Shown here: piece by piece, positions 9,783 through 20,370 of the stretch
Layout of the letters: every line of letters begins with the position of its first letter
Position numbering within the stretch: position 1 is the first letter of the stretch
Origin: Candidatus Omnitrophota bacterium
GTDB taxonomy: Bacteria; Omnitrophota; Gorgyraeia; Pluralincolimonadales; Pluralincolimonadaceae
DNA length: 64,000 bases
Direction: 5' to 3'
NCBI GenBank assembly: GCA_003141835.1
Contig: PLNR01000011.1
Coordinates: 107,804 to 171,803, forward strand
Position numbers and translations under genes: made by a program
The notes under the pieces: generated by a model
The model's database searches: none
The model's input: the letters and a program-made list of their open reading frames with translations, nothing else
Told to the model about the DNA's origin: nothing

Positions 9783-10768
9783 ACCGGCCTCCTTAGCATA
9801 TTTTGCGCCCTTAGCCCGTCACAAAAAGACCGGAGCGTGACAGGCTCGTAATATCTTTTTACCTTATCCAGAATATCCCTGAACATCTCCTCTTTTCTTT
9901 CCAGGCCAAGGCGGAAGCCCGGGTGGTTAAGGGATAATTTATCGCTTCCGGAGGAGAGCATGTCCGTCGAATGGAAGTTATAATTGAGGTTCCCTCCCCG
10001 TGCCCTCGTGGACCAGAGGCCGAAGTCAAACAGCCCGGGGCCCATTAGAAATAAAAATGTGGTATTGAACGGCATCCCAAGGAACGGAACTACGCTCAGC
10101 GGCACTTCCAGGATCTTCCTGCCGGCACTTTTCCGCCAGAACCTGCCCTGGCTCGGCGTATACGGCTCCATCGGCGAAAAAATCGAATAAAAAACCTCAG
10201 CCGGCAGGTTTTTAAAGATACGGGATTTAGGGACCTCGTCCAGGTTTACATAACTGGCCCTCCTCATGAGGGGATATGCGGGAAACTTATAGAGCGAGGA
10301 ATCATAGGAATATCCCATCCTGTCCAGTATCTCTATAGTCTCCTCATCCACATCGTATCCCGGGACACGGAATCCCACCGGCGCCTCCCCGCAAGTATCC
10401 TTTATGAGCTGCGTAGACTCGGCGATGTCCTTATACTTCTCGCTCTTTGGCATGAGCGAAAAAGCAAATCTATGGTCCAAACTGTGGTTTGCTACCTCAT
10501 GGCCCTTTAATATGATCTCCCTGACGGCTTTTTGGGTGGCCGGCTTGCGGCAATCACTCGCCACGACAAAGAAAGTGGCTTTTATGCCTCGCTCGTCGAA
10601 TAACTTCAGGAACCTCGGCACAGCCAACTCGTACACGGGATCCTTGCCGTTAAAGCCACTCTCCTTCTTGCCGTAGAACTTAAGCACTGAGTCGATCGAA
10701 TCAACGTCTACCGATATAGTGCAGCGAGGCGTTTTGTCCGGAGAAACCATTTTATGCTTATGCCCCAT
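9779..10768 (-). CDS. Polysaccharide deacetylase (CE4/NodB fold)
   Basis: SVDVD, KATFFV, GHEVANHSLDH, GFRVPG, YDSS. Confidence 0.9.
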   Translation of the reverse strand: MGHKHKMVSPDKTPRCTISVDVDSIDSVLKFYGKKESGFNGKDPVYELAVPRFLKLFDERGIKATFFVVASDCRKPATQKAVREIILKGHEVANHSLDHRFAFSLMPKSEKYKDIAESTQLIKDTCGEAPVGFRVPGYDVDEETIEILDRMGYSYDSSLYKFPAYPLMRRASYVNLDEVPKSRIFKNLPAEVFYSIFSPMEPYTPSQGRFWRKSAGRKILEVPLSVVPFLGMPFNTTFLFLMGPGLFDFGLWSTRARGGNLNYNFHSTDMLSSGSDKLSLNHPGFRLGLERKEEMFRDILDKVKRYYEPVTLRSFCDGLRAQNMLRRPV

Positions 10769-11363
10769 TCCTGTCCTTTACCTCAAAATAATCACCAAGA
10801 TCGTCGGTGTATTCTATCCCGAGTTTCTTGAGCATCTTTATCGATCTCGCGTTCTTCTTGGATACGGCGGAGTGCGGCTCGAACTTCAGTTTCCTTATAA
10901 GATCGAGTTGTTTCCCGAGAGCGGCTGTCCCTATGCCCTTGCCCTGCCATTTATCGGATACGAATATGGCGTACGACGCCCTCTTTGGGAATAATAACCT
11001 TATAAGGGCATATCCGACCAGATCGTCGTTATGGAAGATGCCCAGCGGGATATGCGAGACCATTTTAAATATCTTCTCAATAGACCCGGCGTCCGTCTTG
11101 TGCGGCATCACATAGTCCGGGCCGCCGGCCTTTATTGAATATTTGAAAAAGTCGCAGACCTTGGCCTGACCGGAAGCGCCAAGTACCCTGATCACGAACT
11201 CCTCCCCGCCTGCGGAAAAGGCCTCGGCATAACCCTTTGACGGGCCTAACTGCCCGGATAAGAATGACTTTATATACAATTCGTTCACAGACAGGATAAG
11301 CTTATAGAGGAAGCCCTGCTTTTTCTGTATATTCAGCATAAAATTAAGGAGGTTCTTGTTCAT
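10758..11363 (-). CDS. GNAT-family N-acetyltransferase
   Basis: VSDKWQGKGIG acetyl-CoA motif, NARSIKMLKKLG. Confidence 0.8.
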   Translation of the reverse strand: MNKNLLNFMLNIQKKQGFLYKLILSVNELYIKSFLSGQLGPSKGYAEAFSAGGEEFVIRVLGASGQAKVCDFFKYSIKAGGPDYVMPHKTDAGSIEKIFKMVSHIPLGIFHNDDLVGYALIRLLFPKRASYAIFVSDKWQGKGIGTAALGKQLDLIRKLKFEPHSAVSKKNARSIKMLKKLGIEYTDDLGDYFEVKDRNGA

Positions 11364-12343
11364 CTTGCCTTAAGCAGCGAGCGCCTGCGCTCCTCTATCG
11401 TAAGCCTTATGCCATCGGTTATCTTAACGCCCGGGCGGTATCCGAGGACCGCCTTCGCTTTCCGCAGGTCCGGCACCCTCCTAGTTATCTCTTCATACGT
11501 GCCGAATATCCTCTTGTGCGGGATGAATTTTATTTTAAGCCGTTTCCCGGTAGCCGCGATCTTATGGATAAGATAAGCGGTATCCGCGACACTCATCTCC
11601 TCGTCATTACCGATATTAAATATTTCGCCCGCCGCTTTCGGGCTTTCCATGGCAAGGACCGTCCCCCGCACCACGTCATCTACATAGGCCATGGACCGGG
11701 TCTGTTTCCCGTCGCCGTGGATCAGTACTTCCTTATCGTTAAGGATGGCGTCTATGAACAGGGGCACATGCCCGCCGCTCCAGCTGAAGCTCGCCCTCGG
11801 GCTGAAACTCCCGAAATAGCGCAGCACGACAACCGGCACGTTAAATTCCTTGAAATAAGCGAAAGCTAATTGTTCCGCATAGATCTTTGACGCGGCATAA
11901 GCCCATCTCTTCGCGGTCGGGGGGCCGATCACCAGGTTCCCGTCTTCCTTGAAAGGCAAATCCCTGGAAACGCCGTAAACGTCGGAAGTCGAAGCGAGTA
12001 TGACCTTTGCCCGCCTTTTCCTGGCGATCTCCAAGACATTGCGCGTTCCCTCGGCGTTGATCCTCAAAGTATTGAAGGCGTCACCCTTCTCATCGATCTT
12101 CTTGGATGCGGCTAAATGCACGATGGTATCGATATCCCCGGCGGCGCGCTCCAGTTTTTTAGGGTCCAGTATGTCGCATTTTACGAATTTAAAATTAATA
12201 TTGTCCAGGTTATGCTTAATATTGGGCATCCTGCCGACCTTAAGATTATCTATACCCGTGACTTTATAACCAGTTCCAAGCAGGGAATCCAAAAGATGGG
12301 ACCCTATCATCCCTGCTACCCCTGTTATCAGGACTTTTTTCAT
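11360..12343 (-). CDS. NAD-dependent nucleotide-sugar epimerase/decarboxylase (UXS/ArnA C-terminal-like SDR)
   Basis: TGVAGMIG, ASTSDVYG, RWAYAASK (YxxxK), GDGKQTRS. Confidence 0.85.
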   Translation of the reverse strand: MKKVLITGVAGMIGSHLLDSLLGTGYKVTGIDNLKVGRMPNIKHNLDNINFKFVKCDILDPKKLERAAGDIDTIVHLAASKKIDEKGDAFNTLRINAEGTRNVLEIARKRRAKVILASTSDVYGVSRDLPFKEDGNLVIGPPTAKRWAYAASKIYAEQLAFAYFKEFNVPVVVLRYFGSFSPRASFSWSGGHVPLFIDAILNDKEVLIHGDGKQTRSMAYVDDVVRGTVLAMESPKAAGEIFNIGNDEEMSVADTAYLIHKIAATGKRLKIKFIPHKRIFGTYEEITRRVPDLRKAKAVLGYRPGVKITDGIRLTIEERRRSLLKAR

Positions 12344-12349
12344 TATCGC

Positions 12350-13414
12350 TTATCCCTTATGTTTTTCCAGGATATCTGCTATTTTTTTGTGCGCTGTCCC
12401 GTTCCCGTAGACGCTTTCGGGATCGGCATGTTTTCTCGGGCCCTTATAAATATCCCTAACCGCCTTGACCAGTCTTTCCCCGGAAGCGCCGACGAGCGCG
12501 TTCATGCCTTTATCCACGGTTTCAACCCACTCGGTTTCGTTGCGTAAAGTGACGCAGGGGACCCCAAAAATGAAAGCCTCTTTCTGCACTCCCCCGGAAT
12601 CCGTAATTATCACTGGCGCGTCCTTTTCCAGCTTTAGCATCTCGATATAACCGACAGGCCCGATGAGCTTGATATTCCCGGATACCTTGATGCCGTATTT
12701 CTTCAAGCACCCGGCCGTCCTTGGGTGGAGAGGGATCAAGACCTCCTTCCCCAGTTTAGCCAGTCCCGCAAATATTTGCCTCAGGTTCGCGGGATCATCG
12801 GTATTTTCCGCCCTGTGTATCGTGCATAAAATACGGCCTCTCCCGGCCGCGGTAAGCCCTGCCTTATCGATAATGCGCCGGTATTTTTTTATGGAATCAT
12901 ACATGACATCGCCGACCAAGTATACGCCATTCGTCTTACCTTCTTTTTTCAAGTTTCCCACCGCGGTCTTTGTGGGACAGAAGAACAGGCTGGAAACGCC
13001 ATCCGCAACTATCCTGTTGATCTCTTCCGGCATCCTCTTATTATAGCTTCTCAGGCCGGCCTCGATATGCGCGACGGCGATATTCAATTTGGCGGCTGCG
13101 AGCGCCCCGGCTAAAGTGGAATTTGTATCCCCGTATACCAGGACGATATCAGGCTTATCTTTTACCAATATTTTTTCTATTCCCGCAAGCATCCCGGCCG
13201 TCTGCTCCCCGTGCCGGGCCGAACCTACGCCGAGGTTATAATCCGGCCTTGGAATTTTCAGTTCTTTGAAAAATATCCCGGACATGCACTTATCGTAATG
13301 CTGGCCTGTGTGGATGACTACCTCTTTTATATTCCTCGACCTAAGCTCCCGGGAAACCAGGGCCATCTTTACGAATTGGGGCCTTGCCCCTATGACCGTC
13401 GCTATCTTTTTCAT
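12350..13414 (-). CDS. wecB: UDP-N-acetylglucosamine 2-epimerase, non-hydrolysing (WecB/WbpI-like)
   Basis: [40 protein letters not shown]. Confidence 0.93.
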   Translation of the reverse strand: MKKIATVIGARPQFVKMALVSRELRSRNIKEVVIHTGQHYDKCMSGIFFKELKIPRPDYNLGVGSARHGEQTAGMLAGIEKILVKDKPDIVLVYGDTNSTLAGALAAAKLNIAVAHIEAGLRSYNKRMPEEINRIVADGVSSLFFCPTKTAVGNLKKEGKTNGVYLVGDVMYDSIKKYRRIIDKAGLTAAGRGRILCTIHRAENTDDPANLRQIFAGLAKLGKEVLIPLHPRTAGCLKKYGIKVSGNIKLIGPVGYIEMLKLEKDAPVIITDSGGVQKEAFIFGVPCVTLRNETEWVETVDKGMNALVGASGERLVKAVRDIYKGPRKHADPESVYGNGTAHKKIADILEKHKG

Positions 13415-14004
13415 CTATTTTCGCGCACTACTTTTGTTTTATTCTTTTTGTATTTCTTCAGGCAATTTTTGCACACGGCCCGGCCGTTCCTGAAATCCAG
13501 CTTCTCCCCGCATTCGCACATCCATCCGCATAACGCGGCCGGGTTGCCGTAAACAAGCGCGTAGTCCGGGACGTCTTTTGTAACAACCGATCCCGCTCCG
13601 GCGAAGGCATAAGCGCCGATCGTGTTGCCGCATATGATAGTCGCGTTGGCACCTATGCTGGCGCCGCGCTTGACCAGCGTATGCCGGATCTCGTCCATCC
13701 TCGGGACGGCGCTCCTGGGGTTGAATACGTTGGTAAAGACGCAGGAGGGCCCGCAGAATACGTCGTCCTCAAGCGTCACGCCCTTGTAAACCGAAACGTT
13801 GTTCTGGACCTTGACATTATTCCCTATCGACACATCCGGCCCGATCACGACGTTTTGCCCGATCCTGCAATCCTTTCCGACCCTGGAACCTTTCAATATG
13901 TGGGAAAAATGCCATATCTGAGTCCCCGCCCCTACCGTTGCGCCTTTATCCACATAGGAGGATTTATGGGCGCTGAAGACCTTCTTCTTGTTATTCTTTT
14001 CCAA
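13411..14004 (-). CDS. wbpD: Hexapeptide N-acetyltransferase, WbpD/WlbB-like
   Basis: [28 protein letters not shown]; C-terminal CECG...CKNC zinc ribbon. Confidence 0.88.
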   Translation of the reverse strand: MEKNNKKKVFSAHKSSYVDKGATVGAGTQIWHFSHILKGSRVGKDCRIGQNVVIGPDVSIGNNVKVQNNVSVYKGVTLEDDVFCGPSCVFTNVFNPRSAVPRMDEIRHTLVKRGASIGANATIICGNTIGAYAFAGAGSVVTKDVPDYALVYGNPAALCGWMCECGEKLDFRNGRAVCKNCLKKYKKNKTKVVRENR

Positions 14005-15007
14005 TTTTTACCGGCCTCCCGTTTTTATCGAGGGACTTTTGCGCGGCGGTCAGCACCCTCAGGACCTGCAACCCGTTCTTTCCGTCAGTCACGGGCCTCG
14101 TATTGTTCTTTATTGAATCGATGAAATGCTGGCATTCGACTTTTAAGGGCTCGACCATGTCGATCCTGGGTATATGTATATCCCCCTCGCGTATGGTCAG
14201 GAACGCGTCATAACTGCTTTGCCCCTTCTGCCAATCGACGCCTTTATCGTAAACGCGTATCTTTTCCGTCGCTTCCATATCGTCGAATACGACCATTTTC
14301 TTCGAACCCACGACCGTAAATTTCCTTACCTTATGGGGGTCGAGCCAGCTGGCGTGAATGTGCGCCATCATCTTGTTATCGAAATTCAGCGACACGAAGA
14401 CCACATCTTGTACCGAATCGCGGATATAGCATTTGCCCGTGGCCGAGACCTCTTTCGGCATCTTATCAGCCAGGTAGATGGCGAGCGATATGTCATGGGC
14501 TGTCAGGCTCCATAAGGCATTCTCCTCGGCCCTCACCTGCCCCAAGTTCACGCGGGTGGAATACATGTAATTCAGATCCCCCAACGAACCGTCTTCGATG
14601 TATGATTTAAGTTTCTTCGCGGCGGGATGGTAAAGCAGCAAATGGCCTACCATAAGGATCTTTTTGCTCTTCTCCGCCATCCTGACCATCTTTTCCGCGT
14701 CTTCAACGCTCAGCGCCAGGGGTTTTTCTACGAATACGTGTTTCCCGGATGAGAGCGCCTTTAACGTGAGCCGGGCGTGGGTCTCGGAGGGCGTGGTTAT
14801 GACGACCCCGTCTATCTCTTTGTCTTTTATTATGTCGTCGAAATCATGTGTAAACTTTGTGCCGCACCTGAGGCTCTCCGGAATTTTATCCAAAGCCTCC
14901 TTATTTTTGTCGCAGCAAGTCTTTAAGCAGCAATTTTTCAAGCCCGAAAAGACCCTGAAATGATTTTTACCCCAGAAACCCACTCCTGCCTGGCCAAGTA
15001 CGATCAT
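13991..15007 (-). CDS. Gfo/Idh/MocA oxidoreductase (WbpB/WlbA-like C3 dehydrogenase)
   Basis: [30 protein letters not shown]; adjacent to wbpD-like gene. Confidence 0.85.
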   Translation of the reverse strand: MIVLGQAGVGFWGKNHFRVFSGLKNCCLKTCCDKNKEALDKIPESLRCGTKFTHDFDDIIKDKEIDGVVITTPSETHARLTLKALSSGKHVFVEKPLALSVEDAEKMVRMAEKSKKILMVGHLLLYHPAAKKLKSYIEDGSLGDLNYMYSTRVNLGQVRAEENALWSLTAHDISLAIYLADKMPKEVSATGKCYIRDSVQDVVFVSLNFDNKMMAHIHASWLDPHKVRKFTVVGSKKMVVFDDMEATEKIRVYDKGVDWQKGQSSYDAFLTIREGDIHIPRIDMVEPLKVECQHFIDSIKNNTRPVTDGKNGLQVLRVLTAAQKSLDKNGRPVKIGKE

Positions 15008-16131
15008 TGCGGACCTCCTCTTCGTTCTGTCAGTTCCCGATACAGCCCTTCAAGGCTTTGGACATAATCTTTGGGCAAGTAAGCCGACTCAATCTTTTTT
15101 CTCGACCTGGCGGCGAAATCGCCGCGCAATGGTTTGTCGTTATACAACTCCAAGATCCTGTTTTTCAAAGCTTCAGGGTCTCCGGGCGGGACTAAAAACC
15201 CGTCCTCCCCTTCTCTTACGATTTCGGGTATGCCGCTGATATCCGAGGCCACCACCGGCAGTCCCGTATACATCGCCTCGATCAAAGTACGCGGGAAACC
15301 TTCCTGCAAAGACGGCAGGACAAACACATCCATCGCCTTCATAAGCCCGGGAATATCAAACCTGGCCCCTAAGAAAACTACTTTGTTTTCGATCCCCAGG
15401 GACCGGGCCAGGGCCGTCAATTCCGCCCTGCTCTCCCCTTCGCCTATGATAAGTGTTTTCAGCCGCGGTATCTGCCCATCGAGCCCCTTGACAGCTTCTA
15501 TCAAGAACCTGTGCCCTTTTTTAGGGATAAGCGAACCTACGGTCCCGACTATGAAATCTTCGCCAGAAAACCCGTATTTTTTCCTTAGGGCCTCTTTCGT
15601 CCCGGGAATATTAAATCTCTCCGCATCCACCGCGTTGTAGATAAGATAAAATTTATCTTCAGCTATGCCTTCCTGCTTACGGGTAAAATCCAGGACAGAC
15701 CTGGAGCAGACGATGATCCTGTCGGTGAAACCGGCCAATATCCTGTCCAGGATAACGTGGTAAAATTTCTTCTCCGTATACATGCTTCTTTCCTCGGTCA
15801 CGATAAAGCGCGGATTACAAAACAGCGAGGCGGCCCTCCCGAAGAAATTTGCATAAAAAAGCGACGTATGCAAGATATCCGGCTTCTCCTTCTCCAGGAT
15901 CAAGGCTATCTTTCTTATCAAAGATATGTTAAAGAGCCTCGCCTTGCTATCCAGGCATGTCACCTTGAAGCCCAGCTTTTCGATCTCTTCCGCGATCCGC
16001 CCCTTCTTTTCTATGCTGACTACGCTGCAGTCGAAACGGCTTTTGTCTATGTTCTTTAAAGTCGTCAGCAGGCCCACTTCCGCGCCGCCGTAATCCAAAT
16101 GCACAAAAAGGAAAAGGACTTTTATCTTCAT
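15004..16131 (-). CDS. Glycosyltransferase family 4
   Basis: GGAE, KKGH, DVFVLPSLQEGFPRTLIEAM (EX7E). Confidence 0.93.
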   Translation of the reverse strand: MKIKVLFLFVHLDYGGAEVGLLTTLKNIDKSRFDCSVVSIEKKGRIAEEIEKLGFKVTCLDSKARLFNISLIRKIALILEKEKPDILHTSLFYANFFGRAASLFCNPRFIVTEERSMYTEKKFYHVILDRILAGFTDRIIVCSRSVLDFTRKQEGIAEDKFYLIYNAVDAERFNIPGTKEALRKKYGFSGEDFIVGTVGSLIPKKGHRFLIEAVKGLDGQIPRLKTLIIGEGESRAELTALARSLGIENKVVFLGARFDIPGLMKAMDVFVLPSLQEGFPRTLIEAMYTGLPVVASDISGIPEIVREGEDGFLVPPGDPEALKNRILELYNDKPLRGDFAARSRKKIESAYLPKDYVQSLEGLYRELTERRGGPQ

Positions 16132-16973
16132 CTTAATTTTTTAAGGATGAGGCTGAATTGGGGAGCGCAAGCCGGGAAAAAGACCTTATTGACCGTCCCG
16201 GCGGCCCTTGGCCGCTCTTTGTAATGATAGATTATTTTAGCCTCGTACCCCTTAAAAACGCCTTTAACCAGGCCCGGTATATCGAACCCTTTACCGGGGT
16301 CTATCTTTTTCCCCGCGTTAGGCGAATGTATATCGACGTATTTTAACAGCTCCGCAACAGGTAAAGGCTTCCCGATAGTCTTGTCCGAGAGCAGCCTCTC
16401 GTTCACTCGCCTGCATATCGCTTCATATGAAGGGCCGGCTTTTGAAGCACCTCCTATCCTGGCGATGATCCTGTAGAGCAATGACAAGGGCCGGTTCGCC
16501 CAAAACTTCCGGTTCGCCTCAAAACCTATCACCAGGAAGCCGCCGTCCTTTAAAACACGCCCTGCCTCCCCGGCAAAGCTTTCAATAGAGGGGAAATGGT
16601 GCATCGCCGCGTTACAGGTGACGATATCGAAGGTCCCGGCCTTAAAAGGCAGGTTTTCCGCATCGGAAATTATATAGCCGAGGCGCACACCCCTGTTTTC
16701 GTTCGACTGCCTTGTCTTGTTAAGCATCCCGAAGGAGATATCTGAACATATAAAATTGTATTTCCCGGCATTTAAGCTTGACGGGACCAGGCCTGTGCCC
16801 GTGCCGATGTCCAGGATATCCGCGTGTTCTTTGCCTTTGAAATAACCTTCAAAAAAACTTTTATAGAAAAGGGACTCGGCATCGATCCTGGACCTGTGCC
16901 TTTTTTCAAAGAACGCCGCTTCTTCGTCATGAAAATACCGGTTGATCTTTTTAATAAGCGCGTTTTCCGTCAT
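16128..16973 (-). CDS. Class I SAM-dependent methyltransferase
   Basis: ILDIGTGTG, DISFGML, DAENLPF, FDIVTCNAAMHH. Confidence 0.9.
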   Translation of the reverse strand: MTENALIKKINRYFHDEEAAFFEKRHRSRIDAESLFYKSFFEGYFKGKEHADILDIGTGTGLVPSSLNAGKYNFICSDISFGMLNKTRQSNENRGVRLGYIISDAENLPFKAGTFDIVTCNAAMHHFPSIESFAGEAGRVLKDGGFLVIGFEANRKFWANRPLSLLYRIIARIGGASKAGPSYEAICRRVNERLLSDKTIGKPLPVAELLKYVDIHSPNAGKKIDPGKGFDIPGLVKGVFKGYEAKIIYHYKERPRAAGTVNKVFFPACAPQFSLILKKLR

Positions 16974-16991
16974 TTTTATCCCTGTATTCCC

Positions 16992-18017
16992 TTAGAAGAC
17001 TCTTTGAAAAATAAACCGTGCTAAAAGGTTAAAATCATAAGGGTGCGTCCTCAATGCTTCTAAAAAATAACGCCTGGCGCTGATGGCATCGTTCCTCTTC
17101 GAATAAGCCATCGCTATAATATACTTAAATCTTGACGTCATTTTATTTATCTCCCCGGAGCGTTTATTACAAACACCCATAAAAGCATAAAAGACTTTTT
17201 CCATAGCCTTCACTCCATTCCCCATCTCCTCGTCCCCCAGAGAAACAGGAGAATGGAATGTCTTAGATATGCTTATCGCCTCTTCATTAGATATATTTAT
17301 GCCGGCAAGGGTAAGGGCGTTTTTTTTAATGATCTTAGAAGCCTCTAAAATAAATCTCTCGGCTCTGTGTATAGCGCTCGAGGAGTTGCTATGCATCCTC
17401 AAAGACACCAAGGGTTCTTCTATGTTGGTAAACTCGTAACCGGCCTCCAACGCTCTCGACCATAAATCATAATCTTGGCCCAATACAAAACTTTCGTCAT
17501 ACCCGCCAAGGCTCAATAACGCGTCTTTACGTATAATAACGGAAGAATGGATCATGGGGTTGCTGAACAGTATTTCCATCCTTAAACGAAAACCATCGCA
17601 GGAGGCGTGCACCTTGCCTGTTCTTTTTCCGTTCTCATCTATGACAATAGCTGATGTCCCTAACAGCGCGATATCATGCCTGTTTATTAAAAAATTTATC
17701 TGCTTTTGAAATCTGTGTTTATTACAAATGTCATCCTGGTCCATCCTGGCCACAAACTCGCCTGCGGCAGATTCGATCGCCAGATTAAGCGATTTCGACT
17801 GACCGATATTCAAATTGTTTTGAAGAAACCTGATCCTGGAATCTTTATAGCTTTTAATTTTTTCTGGAGAGCCGTCCGTGCTGGCATCGTCTATAATAAT
17901 AAATTCAAAATCGCCGTATGTCTGGCCCAAAACGCTTTCTATGGCGCGTGCCAGGAACTTTTCCCCGTTATATACAGGCATCGCTACGCTTATCTTTACC
18001 GGATATTTATCTGTCAT
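16992..18017 (-). CDS. Glycosyltransferase family 2
   Basis: SVAMPVYNGE, IDDASTD, RMDQDD, QDYDLW. Confidence 0.93.
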   Translation of the reverse strand: MTDKYPVKISVAMPVYNGEKFLARAIESVLGQTYGDFEFIIIDDASTDGSPEKIKSYKDSRIRFLQNNLNIGQSKSLNLAIESAAGEFVARMDQDDICNKHRFQKQINFLINRHDIALLGTSAIVIDENGKRTGKVHASCDGFRLRMEILFSNPMIHSSVIIRKDALLSLGGYDESFVLGQDYDLWSRALEAGYEFTNIEEPLVSLRMHSNSSSAIHRAERFILEASKIIKKNALTLAGINISNEEAISISKTFHSPVSLGDEEMGNGVKAMEKVFYAFMGVCNKRSGEINKMTSRFKYIIAMAYSKRNDAISARRYFLEALRTHPYDFNLLARFIFQRVF

Positions 18018-18898
18018 TTCGCCGAAACGCCGGAGTAGTCATTCAATAAGTAATCCCTCAGCGCGTCCTTCCAGTTACGCATACCGTCAAGCCCGATCTC
18101 TTTCAGGCGAGAATTCTCCATGGCTTCTGACCGCCCCCTGGGAGCCGGCAACGGAAACACGGAAGAGCTTACCGGAACTATCTCGACTTTGTTCAGCCCC
18201 AGGATATTCTTGATTTCGAGCGCTATATCATATCGCGAAACCATCCCATGATTGGCCATGTGGTATAGCCCGGGGCTGCCTCTCTCTATCAACTTTCCGG
18301 TGCATGCCAGGAGATCCTTGGCATAAGTCAGGCTTCCGAATTTATCATTTACGGCCTTGATGGAATTGGATCCGGCCATCATGCGCGCTATCTTCCCGAC
18401 AAACTTAACATCCTTGCCGCCGCCACCCACCATCCATCCTGCTCGTATTATAAAATAATCTTTGAGCCGCGAAGCAATTATACCTTCGGCCTCAAGTTTA
18501 GTTTTACCATAAAAATTCAACGGCCCTGTCTTGTCCGCCTCTATATACGGAAGCGGTTTCGAACCGTCAAAAACCGCGGCGGAACTTAAAAATACAAGCT
18601 TCACCCCGTTATTCTTACAGGCTGACACGACGTTTTCCGTGCCCGTGACATTGACCTTACGAGCCCAATCCCTGTCAGTTTCACATCTATCAACATCCGT
18701 AGCGGCAGCGAGGTGCAGCACCAGGCCAGGAGAAGTTTTTTCTACCGCGATCATTACAGAATCGCGATCGCATATGTTTAAATCTGCCAAGTCGGTAAGT
18801 ATGCATTCGGCATCATTAAATACCTGTTTCACATAACTGCCGACCATGCCGGAACCGCCGGTAACCAAAATACGGGTTATGCTATTAATCTTCGGCAT
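18014..18898 (-). CDS. dTDP-4-dehydrorhamnose reductase-family protein (second RmlD paralog)
   Basis: TGGSGMVG, HLAAATDVD, VFDG, YGKTK, PAPRG. Confidence 0.85.
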   Translation of the reverse strand: MPKINSITRILVTGGSGMVGSYVKQVFNDAECILTDLADLNICDRDSVMIAVEKTSPGLVLHLAAATDVDRCETDRDWARKVNVTGTENVVSACKNNGVKLVFLSSAAVFDGSKPLPYIEADKTGPLNFYGKTKLEAEGIIASRLKDYFIIRAGWMVGGGGKDVKFVGKIARMMAGSNSIKAVNDKFGSLTYAKDLLACTGKLIERGSPGLYHMANHGMVSRYDIALEIKNILGLNKVEIVPVSSSVFPLPAPRGRSEAMENSRLKEIGLDGMRNWKDALRDYLLNDYSGVSAK

Positions 18899-20370
18899 GA
18901 CGATATTCCTTTTTTTATCAGGCCCAAAGGATCGTTGAACATTTTGGCAGCAAGTTTCCTGGAAAATAATACAGGGTGTTTTTTATAAAATTCCATCTGG
19001 AGGTAGCTGTAGCCCTCTTCGAATATCTTTCTGACATCATCACCGCTCCATTTATCCGTGGAAATGGAACAGCTTGTGATATATAAGTTATCTAAAAATG
19101 ATTTTTCGTCGATATAGCCTTCCTTAAGGGACCTCGCGTAAAGCTCCGATCCGGGATAAGGCGTGGCCACGGAGACAAAAGGCTTGTAGATGCCGATTTT
19201 TTTTGCGAAATTGTAGCTGTCCCACATCTCGCCGACCGTCTCTCCGGGCATGCCTATTATAAGAAAAATGTTCGCATCAAGGCCTATGCTTTTCGCGTGC
19301 TTAATAAGGACTTCGACCTTTTTTAAATTAACGGGTTTTTTTATCACATCCCTAAGGACCCTTTCACTGCCCGACTCTACTGCAATATTAAGCTTGTAGC
19401 AGCCGGCCTCTTTCATTTTGTCGATAAGACCCTCGGTAAGCGCGAAAGCGGCGACGCCGTTAGGAGTATCCCATTTGAAATCCAGTTTTTCTTTTATCAT
19501 GAGATCGAATATCTCTTCGGCGCGGTTGACATCGAGGGTTACATTATCGTCTTCAAATAAAAGTTCCTCTATTTGATATTTTTCTTTAAGGTCCCTCATT
19601 TCTTCTATAACATTCATAGGGGATCTTTTCCTGAACGTCTTTCCCCACACATGATGGGCAGTGCAAAAACTGCAGCCCACCGGGCATCCTCGCGAGGTTA
19701 TAATGGGGGAAAATCTGCGGCACATCCTTTTGCCGTGCGACGCCTCCAGGCCAAAGTATTTCTCCATGCTTAATAAATGCCTTGCAGGGAAAGGGATGCT
19801 ATCGAGATCTTTAATAAACCGCTGTTTGGGAATAATTTTGATAATATCTTTATCCCTATATCCTATGCCGTCAAGGCTTGAGAGATCCGCCCTTCCTTCT
19901 ATAGCCCCTATTAAAGCTATCAGGCTCTCTTCTCCTTCGCCAAGCACAACGTAATCCACATTTTTGTCCGCCAATACATTCTCCGGCATCACCGTGGCAT
20001 GCGCCCCGCCAGCAATTACGATAATATCTTTACTGACATTTTTTGCAATCCTGTATATATCGTGAGCATTCCTTCTCTGCCTTGTAAAGAGATTATTTAC
20101 TCCTACGATATCAGGAGCGAAATTTCTTATAATACTTTCAATTTCGTCAATCCCCAGCCCGATCTTTATAATATTCTCCGCCACATCGGTCCTTGAGTCC
20201 CAGCCTTCTATCAGGCAATCGACGATTTTTACCTGAATACCGTTTTTTTCTAAAACACTTCCCAGATACGCAAGCCCAAGCGGAGGGAGCGGATTGATAT
20301 CTAATAAGTCCTTAAAGGTAAACGCGGATGGTGTAAAAAGAAGTATTTTTTTTATTTTTCTTTTAAGCAT
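18877..20370 (-). CDS. Cobalamin-dependent radical SAM enzyme
   Basis: PPLGLAYL and GGAHAT B12-binding domain; TSRGCPVGCSFC; EDDN; ESGS. Confidence 0.92.
   Translation of the reverse strand: MLKRKIKKILLFTPSAFTFKDLLDINPLPPLGLAYLGSVLEKNGIQVKIVDCLIEGWDSRTDVAENIIKIGLGIDEIESIIRNFAPDIVGVNNLFTRQRRNAHDIYRIAKNVSKDIIVIAGGAHATVMPENVLADKNVDYVVLGEGEESLIALIGAIEGRADLSSLDGIGYRDKDIIKIIPKQRFIKDLDSIPFPARHLLSMEKYFGLEASHGKRMCRRFSPIITSRGCPVGCSFCTAHHVWGKTFRKRSPMNVIEEMRDLKEKYQIEELLFEDDNVTLDVNRAEEIFDLMIKEKLDFKWDTPNGVAAFALTEGLIDKMKEAGCYKLNIAVESGSERVLRDVIKKPVNLKKVEVLIKHAKSIGLDANIFLIIGMPGETVGEMWDSYNFAKKIGIYKPFVSVATPYPGSELYARSLKEGYIDEKSFLDNLYITSCSISTDKWSGDDVRKIFEEGYSYLQMEFYKKHPVLFSRKLAAKMFNDPLGLIKKGISSCRRLIA

Noticed and set aside
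19197-20353. T8 homopolymers within the B12-rSAM gene as phase-variation tracts
   Set aside because: Short A-runs encoding Lys codons in an AT-rich gene; frame intact; no evidence of slippage
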